NCBI GenBank assembly: GCA_028023455.1
Contig: JAQFVV010000001.1
Location: 13,826,001-13,890,000, forward strand
Reading direction: 5' to 3'
DNA length: 64,000 nt
From: Epiperipatus broadwayi
Taxonomy: Eukaryota > Animalia > Onychophora
The translations under genes and the position numbers were made by a program. The notes under the pieces are model-generated. The model was given only the letters and a program-made list of their open reading frames with translations, did no database searches and had not been told where the DNA came from. Of this stretch, positions 13,801 through 26,148 are shown in pieces. Position 1 is the stretch's first letter. Each line of letters begins with the position of its first letter.

Positions 13801-15350
13801 AAAATAAAGTTCGGAAACTGGCCAGAAAGTTTAAGGTTCATTATGGAAATATATTATCCATTTCTTCCAGGGCTGGTTCCCTTAGTTTACACGTCCGGGT
13901 TGGTAAAAACGTAGGCATGCATGATTTTAGCAGCATGATTGGTCTGGAAAGAATTTAGCAGCTCCATTGAAGATTTTTAGGGGACTTCAGGAACAATAGC
14001 CAGATTCCTGGCGTTTAGCCCCTTACCATGATAGGAACACTTTTTGAATTCATGATTTTGAACAGCACATAGTTTACTGGCACTTTTCTGCAACAAAGAT
14101 GGTTTCTCCTTTTCCAAACTTTTCAGAGCTATATATACTGTCCTCTGATGCCTTCAGGCTAGCGCTTCTTTTATTATAGTTGTTTTTAGATACATTCCTT
14201 CGATAAGGCTTTCAAACTCATTAACTTGAATTCATTTTCTAATTAGAAAATGAATTCTTAAAATCAGAAAATGATTTTAATTAGGAAATCCTTATCTTTT
14301 TTTCTAATTAATAAAACTTTAACTATTGTTTTTGGAAAGGGAAAATCTGAAAGCTTATCGAAAGAATGTAGCTTTTAATCAATAAAACTTTAACAAATTA
14401 TTTTAAAATAAAATCAAACATTCCCGACGCAATGAAACTTTTAAACAATTATATATATTTAAATATTTACAAATATATACGCACAATCCACGCAGTTATA
14501 ATATATAAATTCATGAATAATTCTATCATGAATTTATTAATAGAATTGATCAATTTAAATCTGAAACTAATTAATTTTAATATGCATTTATGAAATAAGT
14601 TATTCTTTATGGAAATTAGTGTGGATTGAACATATAAAGTCCCACTGCATCGGAAATTTAAGGTTAGTACTAGGGTTTGAAGTGGGCTTATGGCTAGATG
14701 TCATGAAGCTAGGATCGAACTCAGATCCGACTGCTTCAATACAAACCCACAATCTAAGTAAATTACATATTATGTCAGATTTTTTTTTTCACATTTGAAT
14801 ACCTGAATGCCATTCTTAACTCATTATGTAGCAAACAACAGCAAACAGATTTTTATTATGCCATTCAGTCTTTTCCCATTTAAACAGCCTTATTTAGAGT
14901 AAATTGTCATTTTGAAGGAAATTCAATTTTTTTCTTAAGAAAGTATTGTTCCTTTTTTAAAATATCTGCAAACAAAGAACAATCATGAATTTCAACTATG
15001 ATATAACAGATGTTTATGTTTAAGAAAGCTTCAAATATAGCTTAATTAGAAAGTTAATTTTATTTTTAAAGTATTGTAAGCCAATTGACTAAATTAATAA
15101 TTAAAATACAGAAGCTATAATTTGTGAGTTCAAAGTTCAGGATCTTTCTTTTTTAATCTGATAATTTTAGTTATAATTTTTATTCTCTAGTCAGAAATAT
15201 TCTGTAATTAGTATTTGATATCTATTATAGTTAAATGTTCCTATTTTAATTAAGTTCTATTTGAATCTAAATTACAACTGGATATTAACTTTTAAGTTTA
15301 TCTTTAACTATATGCTATTATTAAAATCTATTTTAATTCATTTATTTCAG

Positions 15351-16547
15351 GGGTTGGCTCAGCTTTGGGATTACATCCAGGAACAATTATTTTGGCATTT
15401 TATTTTGATGAAAAATTAGGATTTGCTAACGGTATGTGTGTGAGCGGTAGTGCTGTAGGTGCTATTATTTTACCACCTTTGCTGGAATATCTCATTGGAA
15501 TTTATGGTTTTCGTGGTGCTATTTTAATTTTAGGTGGATTAGTTTTAAATGTTTGTGTTGGAGGTGCTCTTTATCGGCCACCCTCAAAAAAATACCTCAA
15601 ACCTGTTCTTTCTACTCCAGAACATGAGAAATTACTTGTTGAAAATGAAAAAAAAAAAAATAGTGTTGCTGTAATGAGTGAAATAAGTGAAATAACTGAG
15701 AATGATTTAGATGAGGGAAATGATATAGCTGAAAGTGAGGCTCTAAATAGTAAACAAAGGATAAAAAGAAATAGTGAAAGTGATAATGTTAATAATTTGC
15801 AACATTCCAAAAGTGACTCTGCAAAATCATCACAAATAAACATTGATATATCTTCCTTATATTATCCTCATGATGTTCCTATTAGCAGAAGAAGTTCTAA
15901 AATTAGTGTGACTGTTGCAGAAGATGGGGTTGGTACTGATCGAAGAAATACATCAAATGAAGTATGTTATGATACTGGAGGCGTATATATAACTAGAAAT
16001 GATCCAGGAGATGAAATTGACAAAGAAAATGGCTGTTGTGCACATCTTTGTAAAAAAGGAAACTCTGAAAAAAAAATGCAATTTGATTTTAGTGTTTTAA
16101 AAAATACAGTATTTTTAATTTTAAGCTGTGCTGTTGTTTGCTTATTCATAGGATATCCTGGAGTAAATTTAATTCTTCCTGCTTATGCAATTGAAAAAGG
16201 AGTAAGTAAACCCAGTGCTGCTTTATTGTTATCTATTTTGGCAGGAGCAGACTTTTTTGGACGAGTGGGTTTTGGATGGTTTTCAGATTTAAAAATTATT
16301 AAACGAAAACATGGGTTTATGTTCTGTTTATCTATCGCTGGTATTTTAACTTACTTGGTATCACTTGCAGAAACTTACCCATTACTTATTGCATACAGTG
16401 CCTGTTTTGGTTTTGTAACTGGTGCCTGTATTGGTGTATCAAATGTTTTATATGTAGACTTCTTAGGTAAAGAGAAATTTGCTGCAACTTATGGATTATC
16501 AAGATCTATACGAAGTGTCTTCCAGTTAGCTGGACCTGCTGTAATTG
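15351..16547 (+). CDS. SLC16/monocarboxylate transporter family gene, large coding exon (TM4-TM11 with long central cytoplasmic loop)
   Basis: TTTCAG acceptor ending 15350 and G|GTAAGT donor at 16548; 1197 nt, phase 1-1. Shows MCT signatures GVGSALG, YFDEKLGFANGMCVSGSAVG, YGFRGAILILGGLVLNVCVGGALYRP, DFSVLKN, GADFFGRVGFGWFSD and LGKEKFAATYG...AGP. Confidence 0.95.
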
Positions 16548-18120
16548 GTAAGTAGCATATCTTATTCAGTAATTTTTATGCATTTTATTGAATAGAAATA
16601 ATCATTTGTTCATTAGAGTTTATATTATAGTTTTAAAATTGAGATGCCAAAATAAATTTCATTAAGAGGATAGCCAAAAAAAAAAGGGGCAAAATAATAT
16701 TTTACTTGCCTTTAAACAGAGAACTCAACATTGGTATATATATTTTATGAAATAATTAAATTTAGCTTTATATTGGGTGTATCTTATAAAAAGAACTTAT
16801 TTCAAAATACTAAGGGCAAAAAGATGGTCATCCTGTTTAGAAGCAGGGCATCATTCTTTTTATTGAACTTAATATGCATTCTATTAGTGAACTTATCGTG
16901 AAGACCACAATCACACACACATATAATATATAATGAAGAATATTTAAAATAATTGTATTGCAAAATCAACTTGCATAAAAATATAATTCTTTTATTACAC
17001 ATAACAAATATAAAATTATTATTCATGATTTCTTTATTCAGTTCAATATTTGCATAATTAAAAAAATCATTATATATTAACAGCAATAATTATGCAATAC
17101 TAGAATAATAGATTCTGGAGCTGAAAATCTATGAATCTTTGCTCCAGCTCTGTCTTTTTGCTATCAATTACTTATTTTTAGTTCAGTAATTCATTTTATA
17201 CATCTTTACTGTAGTACAAATATGAGCAATTGATGAACTCCAGAGCTAGTGCCAACTAAATCTTCAGACTACCTTCTGACGATTGACCTTCATTATGGGT
17301 GTCAGTGAATTGTGTATTTTATCAAGCAAATGAACTGAAAGTTTTAAATTTCCTGAGGGTTTGGGATCCATGCTACTCTGCTTGCCCATGCTTATAAATA
17401 TGACATTTGGCTGGCAACTGTATATCTTAATAACTTTCATTATATGCTAACTAAATATTTTTGAAAATTTGGCAAATAGTTATATTTAACAAAACAAATC
17501 ATTATATGATTATTATCATCAAAAATGGAAATTATTAAATCCTTTATGATATTTTTCATATATTTAAATAAATCTCACAATTATAATATAAAATATCATT
17601 TATATAATAGCAAGAATTATATATATATATTATAAAAATAATACAGAAAAAGCTTTTTTCGCAAATATTTTTTGTCTTTTATGAAAATTCTTTTAAACTT
17701 CAATTTACATTGCATGCATAGATAGCGACATCTCTCTTTTTATATATAAAATTAACTAGAACTAATAATAATGGCAAAAAAAAAAAAAATTAAAAACCTT
17801 ACAAATATAACATACTATGTACATTTTTTTTTCTCTTTTTTTTATCCTCTTTCTTTTTTCCTTTATCCTTTCCCATTTAAACAACTTATAACAATCATAC
17901 AAAATGTACTGAGGGGGTGGGGATTATATAAATATATACTATATAATTTTACATTCATTTTTAATAAGCCAATTATTAGTTAAATTAATTGATGTTTTAT
18001 ATATATTCATACAGTTAGGTTTGTTATAGTTGATATAATTAGTTTTATATATTTTATTTCTATTGTGTCCTTTAATATAGTTTAAAGATTTTATATATTT
18101 TTCACAATCTATCTCATGTC

Positions 18121-18633
18121 CATGTTTTAAATAATGAATATAGAATGCAGATTTATTATCTCTTCAATAGATTGCATTATTAAGTTCTTTTGCTCTTTCA
18201 TTTAATTGTTTCCCTGTATGCCCATAATAAATAATATTGCACTTTCCACAAAAATATAAAAAAGAAATTAAATACTGCCTAATGATATACTAGCAATTAA
18301 AAATGAAATAAAAATTCATATAACACTACAATACTAGCCAAAATCAACAAAATTTTTACAAAAATTCTTACACAACCTTGATTTTATTTGATAACAGATG
18401 AAATCATGGTTGTGTAAAAATTTTAGTAAATTTTTGTTGTTTTGGCTAGTAATGTAGTGTTATATGAATTTCTATTTTATTTTTAAAAAAGAAATTGTAT
18501 ATAAAAACAATTATGGAAATTGCAATATGATTTATTTTGGACATATAGGGAAACAATTAGATAAAAGACCATAATAATGCAATTATTAGAAAATAAAATA
18601 AATCTGCATTATATATTTATTGTTTAAAATATG
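18121..18633. repeat. ~510-bp imperfect palindrome (fold-back) in the MCT intron
   Basis: Arms of ~245 bp, e.g. AATTCATATAACACTACAATACTAGCCAAAA / TTTTGGCTAGTAATGTAGTGTTATATGAATT and ATGCAGATTTATT / AATAAATCTGCAT, with a ~15-bp loop near 18385. Confidence 0.75.
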
Positions 18634-19519
18634 ATCATTAAATAGATTGTGTAAAGAAATATAAAAATTTTAAATTATATTTAAAAACCTAATAGAAGGA
18701 AAATATATAAAATATCAGTTTCATTAGTGTTAAATCTGTATGACTTGAGAAAAATTGAATAAGTTTATGGTTCAAGTCAATTAAATCAAACAAATTTAGA
18801 ACTTTTCATGCTAATTAATTTTTTTAATAGCAATATAAAAAAAAACAAAACTATTTGATTATTTTAAACATTTAAGTAGCATTTGATTTTAAATTCAAAA
18901 TTTTATTCTGTTGAGTGTTTACAAAAATCAATTAATTACTTAGCTTAGAACTGTGGAATTACATAATGCCTTATTTTATGAAGTATAATATTAAAGTATA
19001 GACCATGCAAAAACGGACTTTTGGTGTTTATTTCATGGATAATATGTGACGTAGGATGTTACAATTATATATTTCTTTACAGATTATGTTTGAATCTTAG
19101 AGTTTTTGTTTTTTAATGTTATTTTATTCATGTGTGTTGATATATTGAGCTGTGAATTTAAATAGATAATAAAAGCATAAAAGAATTTTATTATTGAAAA
19201 GTTTATTTGCTTATGGAGTGTAGATTTTAAAAAAAAAGTTGCAGATACTTCCTATGAAGGATTGTTACAGAAGGGCTATAAAGGGCTCTTCAAAATTTTT
19301 GTTGCAAGTAGAATATTGAGATGCCAAAGTAAATAATGAAGAATGGTAAACAATATGATATTATGATCAAAATTTTATCACTTGGGCATTGGCTTTATTT
19401 CCTACTTATACATTATATAATCTTTCTTTCTAAAAGAAACTAATATTTGTCCTTTAGCAAGTGCTAGTAAATAAATATGACCATCCAAACTTTGTCTAAA
19501 ATGTTAAAGTTGAATTTTA

Positions 19520-19845
19520 GATTGACTACACAGATCAGTCGAAACACGAATGCATTCACCTATATCATATATCAGCCCATTAGTCTACTATTTGGGATCT
19601 TGCATTGCTTTCTTGTAATATTTTCAACAGACTCTGCAAATTCTTGTCTAATAATAGGTCTCTTGTATTCTATTCTCATCCATTTTAGTCCAAAGAAAGC
19701 AATTGATATTGCATTTCTTGCCACTCATGTTTTGTGCAATAGTAAAGGAAGTTGGAAGACTCAGAAGATAAAGATTTGTGAATTGTGGGCCAGGTCTGTC
19801 ATTTCCAGTTTTTGAACTTCTTGGAAATTCCTGAGCAATAAACTA
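19520..19845 (-). pseudogene. Possible Tc1/mariner (maT-like) transposase C-terminal remnant
   Basis: The minus strand gives FIAQE..., then TGGCCCACAATTCACAAATCTTTATCTTCTG (nucleotide-level WPxNSxDLxxL), then LKWMRIEY...ITRKQCKIPNSRL (cf. LKxxIxxxW...IRKxCxxFxxRL). Confidence 0.4.
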
Positions 19846-21010
19846 TTTAATTTTTTTTTAAAACCACATCTCTTTAAAATAAGTCTGCCTCTCTTACAAA
19901 AAGTTTAATCAAATTAATCAGAAAATGCCTTTTTCATTCCAGATGAATGAAAAGATGCCCTGCAATAGTAAAGTCAGTATTCATCTCATCTGGCAAACTG
20001 AACAAAATACACATTGGTCTTTTAATATTTTCATTAGATTTTCAAAATTTTATGAATTATCATTAAATTATTTTTTCCTATTATCTTTCTATTATAATAA
20101 TAGAAGATCCATGTCTCACTTCTATACAATAGATAGCTTTATAGCTAATTTAAATCATATTTATGAGCTTTAAAGGTGATTCAGGTATATATGAAAACCC
20201 CAAATTAGTGATGATGAAATAGAAAATATGAAGAAATTGCAAAATTGAAAATTAATATAGAAATGGTTATATAATAATGATAAATAAAATTTTATGCTAA
20301 TAAAAATAATTATGATGATTATGAGAATGTTGGTTATGATGATAAGGAGGAGAAATTAGATTGCTGAAATGGGACAAATCTGGAACTAAAAATAGGAATA
20401 TAAATGTTGATAAGTTCTTGGATAGAAAATAATATAATGATAATGAGTGTAAAAATAGAATTTGTGTTTTGATTCAAAATAGGTTTTAACTAATCTTCTT
20501 GAAGTTCATGAGTATAGAATTGTGATTTTCTTTTTTTTTTTATAAAGACAACTAAAAGATGAAATTAATGGACATGATATATTAGAGGAATATTTAGACT
20601 TGTTAGGATAACAGAATAAGCCTAACGTATTCTAATTGATAGTATAAATTCACATAAAAGTGGGAATTATTAAAAAAATTTAAAAAATGTTATAATAAAG
20701 TATGAAAAAATTAATAGAACAATGAAATCTTCAGTTAGTAATGCAACACAATATTATTGATTGTAAGATGGTAAGGATTTTAGCAGTTTTGTGTCAGTGT
20801 TTATCTCTACATAACAGTAATTAGATATCCTGAAAAGTAATTATGGCCATTTATTATACATTTTTTAAATAATGACTCAAACTGTGAGTCCTTTATCTAT
20901 TATGACGTCTTGATTTTTTTTTTTTATATATCAACCACATTATTAAAGAATTGTATTGATATGTTTGTTGTATCATAGTGCTTTGTTTAATTATATTAGA
21001 AAGTCCAACA

Positions 21011-21611
21011 ATTGACATTTATTTGGACATAACTTGACCTTTTGACTCTGTTCCTATTACATACTTTCACTTTCTTTGTTTATCAAATTACTAATCTTAT
21101 GGCTAAATTGGAAAATAGACATCACATTGAATGGAAATAAAATATCATCTAGTTTTTTATCCATAATTTATTCCTCCCTAGGGTTCTTCTTTGAGCTCTC
21201 TTCTATTCATTATTTATATAAACCTGACCTTCAGGAATTCAAGCACCATCTATAAACACTAAAATAAAGCACATTGCATACTTGGAAGATATAACCATTA
21301 TTCCCCCTCCCCCCTTAAACTTTTTTACTATTCTGGAAATTATAGTAAAAAGTACCATCTTCAATTTAATACAAGAAATCCTCGATTTGAAAGTTATATG
21401 TGAGAAGATAATCCCCTAAATGCTTAAGCTTCTCCATTTATTTAGCATCTAATCCTCTTAGAGCTAATATTCAAAATAGCTATTAACATCAATTCAAAAG
21501 ATAATTAACTCTTTAGCAAAAACATATCTATACATACTCACCAAAATTTAACTTATCAATGTAGTAATCTTTCCTAAACTAACTTATTATACATAATCAA
21601 ATATACTTTTT
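21011..21611 (+). pseudogene. Decayed LINE reverse-transcriptase remnant (left part, interrupted by the Merlin-like element)
   Basis: IDIYLDIT*PFDSV at 21011-21052 (cf. FLDxxKAFDSV), IPP*GSSLSSLLFIIYIN at 21170-21223 (cf. VPQGSxLSPxLFxIYIN) and HIAYLEDITI at ~21270-21299 (cf. YADD), in the expected order. Confidence 0.65.
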
Positions 21612-23379
21612 GGTAATAGTATGAATACTGAACCCTACCGCTTGATGGCATTGTTTTTCACAAAATGCACATCAATATACAGTTTTAGCGGCCTTAACTT
21701 AAGGGTGACACTACAATAGGTGTTTTTTGAGCTGTAACAGGCTGCCTAGAGGGCGATGTATTCTACGATTATGTAACAAAATACTATGCCCATTGCATTG
21801 CAGCAGTATTCATCAAGTGAGCGCTCTTGAACTCTCGCTATGGTCTGATTTATGGTGGCTGTATTTGAAAGAGGCGAAACTGCAAAAATTCATTGTCGGA
21901 AATTTTTTAGAAAGTGTGGAATTAGTATTCCATATTAAGAATTGTCATGTCATCACACACACTTCCCTATGCTTTTGAACTGTACACAACTTGAAAAGGT
22001 TCTTCTTTCAGCAGAGTTTTTTTCCGATTTCGAGCGCAAATGCCCATTTACGCGTGAATCCGTGCGAGAACTGTAAGGGAAGTTGGTTCAAGGATTCCAA
22101 AATCACGTTACTTACAGCTTTGAGGCTTCCCTATTATTTTATTTGTGTGTTACTTTTGTTACAGTTTTGAGGCATCCCTGTTATTTTATTTACATGTTAC
22201 TTTGGGCTTTTTTTTATGCCCCCAAAACTGGTGTTTTTTTTGTTACTTGTTTTGGTTCACAACTTGTTCAAAGTTTCATTTATTTTTGATTCAATAAATT
22301 ATTTTATGGGAAACTGTTGTTTTTTGTTATTGTTCACATGATTATAAACTAGGTAAGTAATATTTGATCAGTTTCATTAACAGTTAATTAAAGTAGGTAA
22401 TATTTTATTATACCAAAAAAAAAAAAAAGAAGTGTTTAAGAGTTTATTCAAAAGGCCCCACCCAAAATATATATATAATAATAATAAAGAACTGTGCAGT
22501 AACATAATAAAATGTTCAAAAAGAAAATCCAAAAAGAAGTCGATAATTAAAAATCAAAACAAACCTTCTCCGCCACCCCACCCCCCCGGCTTAAAAAAAA
22601 AATGGTGTTCTTTAAAAATGAACTGTTTATGTCTTTTTTAAAATTAAAGGCCCAAAAATTAAGGAAGAACTTTTCGCTATCATATAATATAGCTTTCTGT
22701 AGTGTAAAGAGTTGAAACAAAAAAATAGAAAAGCTTTGTAATTAATTAAAAAAAAAAGATGACAATTCAAAATCAAAACAATTCCTCTCCTCTCCACCCT
22801 CTAAAAAACCAAGTGTAGGTTTATTCAAAAGTACCGAATTGTTGAAGTCTTTCAGCAAATCAAAACATCAACCAAAAAAAAAAAAAAAAAGATAAGTTCA
22901 AAGCAAGCAACCACCATCTAAAAACAACAAAGTGCTTGTTACCGTATTTTTGTGTAAACAAACAAAGCAAACCAACACCCCTAACACCACTAAAAACAAA
23001 GTGTGAAAAAAAAACTTTGGTTTACCGTAAGTAATATTATGTAAAGAAACCGACGGACAGTTACTCGATAATTTAAAAACAAACCAACACCCCTAGACCA
23101 TCTAAAAACAAAGTATTTGTTTATTAAAAAACGAGAAAGAAAAAAAAAACCTGGATGGAATAAAATAAAACTTTGGTGGATTACCGTAATATCATGTAAA
23201 CCTAACAGACAGGCCGATGCCAAAAAAAATAATTAAAAAGCGGTTGAAAAAAGCAAAAGAAAAATCTTTTACCGTAATATTATGTAAACAAACAGACGGC
23301 TCGTGAATCGGTATATTGATGTGCATTGGGAGAAAAAGAGTGCCATCAAACAGTAGGGTTCAGTATTCATACTATTACC
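21612..23379. mobile_element. Non-autonomous DNA transposon, Merlin-like (GGTAA termini, ~70-bp TIR, 8-bp TSD)
   Basis: The left end GGTAATAGTATGAATACTGAACCCTACCGCTTGATGGCA...AATGCACATCAATATAC is the inverse of the right end (...GTATATTGATGTGCATT...TGCCATCAAACAGTAGGGTTCAGTATTCATACTATTACC). Perfect TSD TACTTTTT at 21604-21611 and 23380-23387. Four subterminal TACCGTA..ATGTAAA repeats at ~22940-23290. GGNRM termini with an 8-9 bp TSD are the Merlin hallmark. No transposase ORF recognised. Confidence 0.85.
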
Positions 23380-23387
23380 TACTTTTT

Positions 23388-23880
23388 TATTTAAAAAAAA
23401 TAATTTATTTTGTATTCTGTTTCACTTCATAAAATACAGACTTGTGAAATAAATAATGCATCATGGTATTCTATTCTCCATATTAGAAACTTACAAAATA
23501 ACATATCCTGCTTCTCACTCAATATTTCAACTCGATAATTAATAGATTATTAAAAGATTTGAGCCTAAATATTTTGACTTTTTAATCTAATTCAATCCCA
23601 ATGCTTCCTATCAACTTCTTCATTTTGGCTATTCTTGAGACTCTTAACATTAATACCACATATTCACTATGTGATAAAAATGGAAATACCTTGAATCATG
23701 TCTTGCTTCATTATCCTGAACTACGGACATATAGAAATCTCTTAAGTAACATAGCTTCTTTACATATACCATCTCTAAATGAATTTATTGATAGTCTAAA
23801 GAGAGAGTTTTTACCAAATATTACAGACATGACATACATCATCTTGATCTTGTGATTTCTATGATGTTAATTTAATTTCA
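23388..23880 (+). pseudogene. Decayed LINE 3' remnant with degenerate CCHC finger (right part of the element split by the Merlin-like insertion)
   Basis: ORF 23601-23855 contains YSLCDKNGNTLNHVLLHYPELRTYR, a degenerate CxxC...ExxxHxLxxCxxL..R like the finger in the 44148 ORF. Confidence 0.5.
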
Positions 23881-25308
23881 ATTCAAACACAAGTAAATTA
23901 CAATTACTATTTTATAACAAAATTACAAAACTCAAGAGATCAAGTTTTAACCCCATATGAAATTTATTCAGTCACATGAAATCTTTTTTCATTAATATCA
24001 AATTTGTAAAGAAGGATGAAACAATCATCTAACCATATATATTCAATCTAAATAACATACACATCATGTAATTATTTAAATCTATATAAAATTGGAAAAT
24101 GAGTACAATAATAAAATATTGACTTGTTTTATATAAATATATTAATATCATGTAAACCTGTTACTCTCTGTTCTTGCATGAAACTTACCATTGTATTCAT
24201 TATTCTTCAGATTTAATCAGTGAAATTAAGTTAGAAGTGATAATTTATTGAGACTGTTAAGTAATATTTTTTTTATTGTATGCTCTAGAATTAAATGTAT
24301 GAAGTAAAGAATAAGTAAACTTCATTTATATTGCAGGATAGGCAAAATTTTAGTCTTCTGCATTCTTTGACAGAAAAATACACTTCTAAAGACAATCCTA
24401 GGTATATCTAAACTTCACCATACACATTTCAAACATATAAATAGAATCATCTGGAACAGACTGATGGAGGTCTTTTTTTTTATTATTGAAAATCACTTTT
24501 CAGTTAGTCCAGGTCATAATTTTTCATATCTTCTTTTTTTTTTTGTTTTGTTTTGTTTAGTGTTATATTATTATAACTTCATCTACAAAGATAAAAACAT
24601 GCACTCTATAAAATGACATCATTCTTAGACAAACATATTAATGATTATTACCATTAATTTATTAGATTAGAGATTATCATCATATCATTTTTAACTAAGA
24701 TATAAACTTTAAATTTAATTAAAGATTAATATAGGATTAATAATATCATCAGTTTTATCTTCCTCCCCAATATGTAATATCTTAGATGTACTTCACAAAA
24801 TCATCTGAAAAAAAAATTAAAAAAGTTATAAAGTGGACCAGCTGAAGAATTCTGTTTTCAATCAGAAATTTATATTGGAAGTCACGACTTTTCATGTACT
24901 TGAAGTTTATAATGAAATAGAACTTTTAAATATATCTGATATTAACAAATGGTGCTGATGGTGGTGGGCTTGATTAATGATATCACATAATTGCATTTAA
25001 TAAAAATAGATATATTAATCTTTAATTAAATTTGAAGTTTATATCTGGGCTAAAAATGATATAATCTTTATATCTTTAGTAAATAATTAGTAACTAGTGA
25101 TGTATTTAGAGAATGTAAGCACAATAAATTTGTTACTTATAGATTATGTTCATAGTGAAGAAAAATCTTTCAATTTTTTTTTTTTTAATATTTTAAAAAA
25201 TAATATATTCCTTTCTCCCTCCAAAAAAATACATTTCAAGAAAATTTATTCCATGACTAATTATATTTTTAAAATCAATTATATTTATATATACTTTTTT
25301 TTTTTCAG

Positions 25309-25502
25309 GAGCAATCAAGGATTATTCTGGAACATTCAAGCCTTGTCTTTTATTTCTTGGCACAGTATTTGCTATTGGAGTATTAATATTATTTGCAGAA
25401 CCCTTAGCTGCAAAATATGAAAATGCTAAAGCAGCAAAACTGAAGGAAAAAACACGTTCAAGAACTATTTCTAACAGTTCCAAAGGAAATGATATTGCAT
25501 AG
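25309..25502 (+). CDS. SLC16/monocarboxylate transporter family gene, terminal coding exon (TM12 and C-terminal tail); not in the ORF track in this frame
   Basis: T-run...CAG acceptor ending 25308. The phase-1 join gives AGPAVI-G-AIKDYSGTFKPCLLFLGTVFAIGVLILFAEPLAAKYENAKAAKLKEKTRSRTISNSSKGNDIA*, with TAG at 25500-25502. The GxxxDxxGxY/F motif is typical of MCT TM11-12. Confidence 0.9.
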
Positions 25503-25997
25503 ATGATTGTGCAAAAAGAATACCATATATATACTTCAAAATATAAGTTTTGAAGAAATCTGATATATTCTCATGAAATGGGAAAAAGTAATCCAGATGT
25601 TGAAATATATTCATTTTGTTGCAAAAACTGACATAGATAATGTTTATGAAGATTGTTGGACCCAAGTATTTTTTTTTTTATTTAAGATTTTTTTCCCCCT
25701 TAGAATTTAAAAATAATTAAATTCTTGCCAAAGGGCATTTTAAATTTTCAAGTTTTCAATTTGATGTTCTACTGACTTCATATTGAAGATTAATTTTAAT
25801 TATGGTTCTGAGGTAATTGACAGAACAAAAAAAAACTATTAGGATTGTAATAACAACTTTAGGATTCATATCATAGTGAAATAGTTGAAAAGATTAAATA
25901 ATTTTGTATGATTTTTTAAATTTAAATATGACTGGGGTTTATATCTAAAGTTTCCATTAAAAAGTGTAAATGAAAACCTACTTAGGATTTTATAATT

Positions 25998-26148
25998 CTC
26001 CATGACATCTTAAAAATTTTATTCTGTAAGAATTGTAAGTACATATTAAAATTTTTAGCAAAATACAAATTTGTAATACTCCATGACATCTTCGAAATTT
26101 TATTCTATTTAGAAATATAAGTACATAATAAAATTTTTAACAAAACAC
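25998..26148 (+). repeat. Two-copy ~81-bp tandem repeat
   Basis: CTCCATGACATCTT.AAA(A)TTTTATTCT at 25998 and 26079. Confidence 0.7.

Noticed and set aside
15571-16149. Antisense ORFs overlapping the MCT exon
   Set aside because: Shadow ORFs of the real exon, with no recognisable motifs.
25097-25420. 107-aa ORF from the track
   Set aside because: Wrong frame; the real exon uses another frame starting at the 25309 acceptor.
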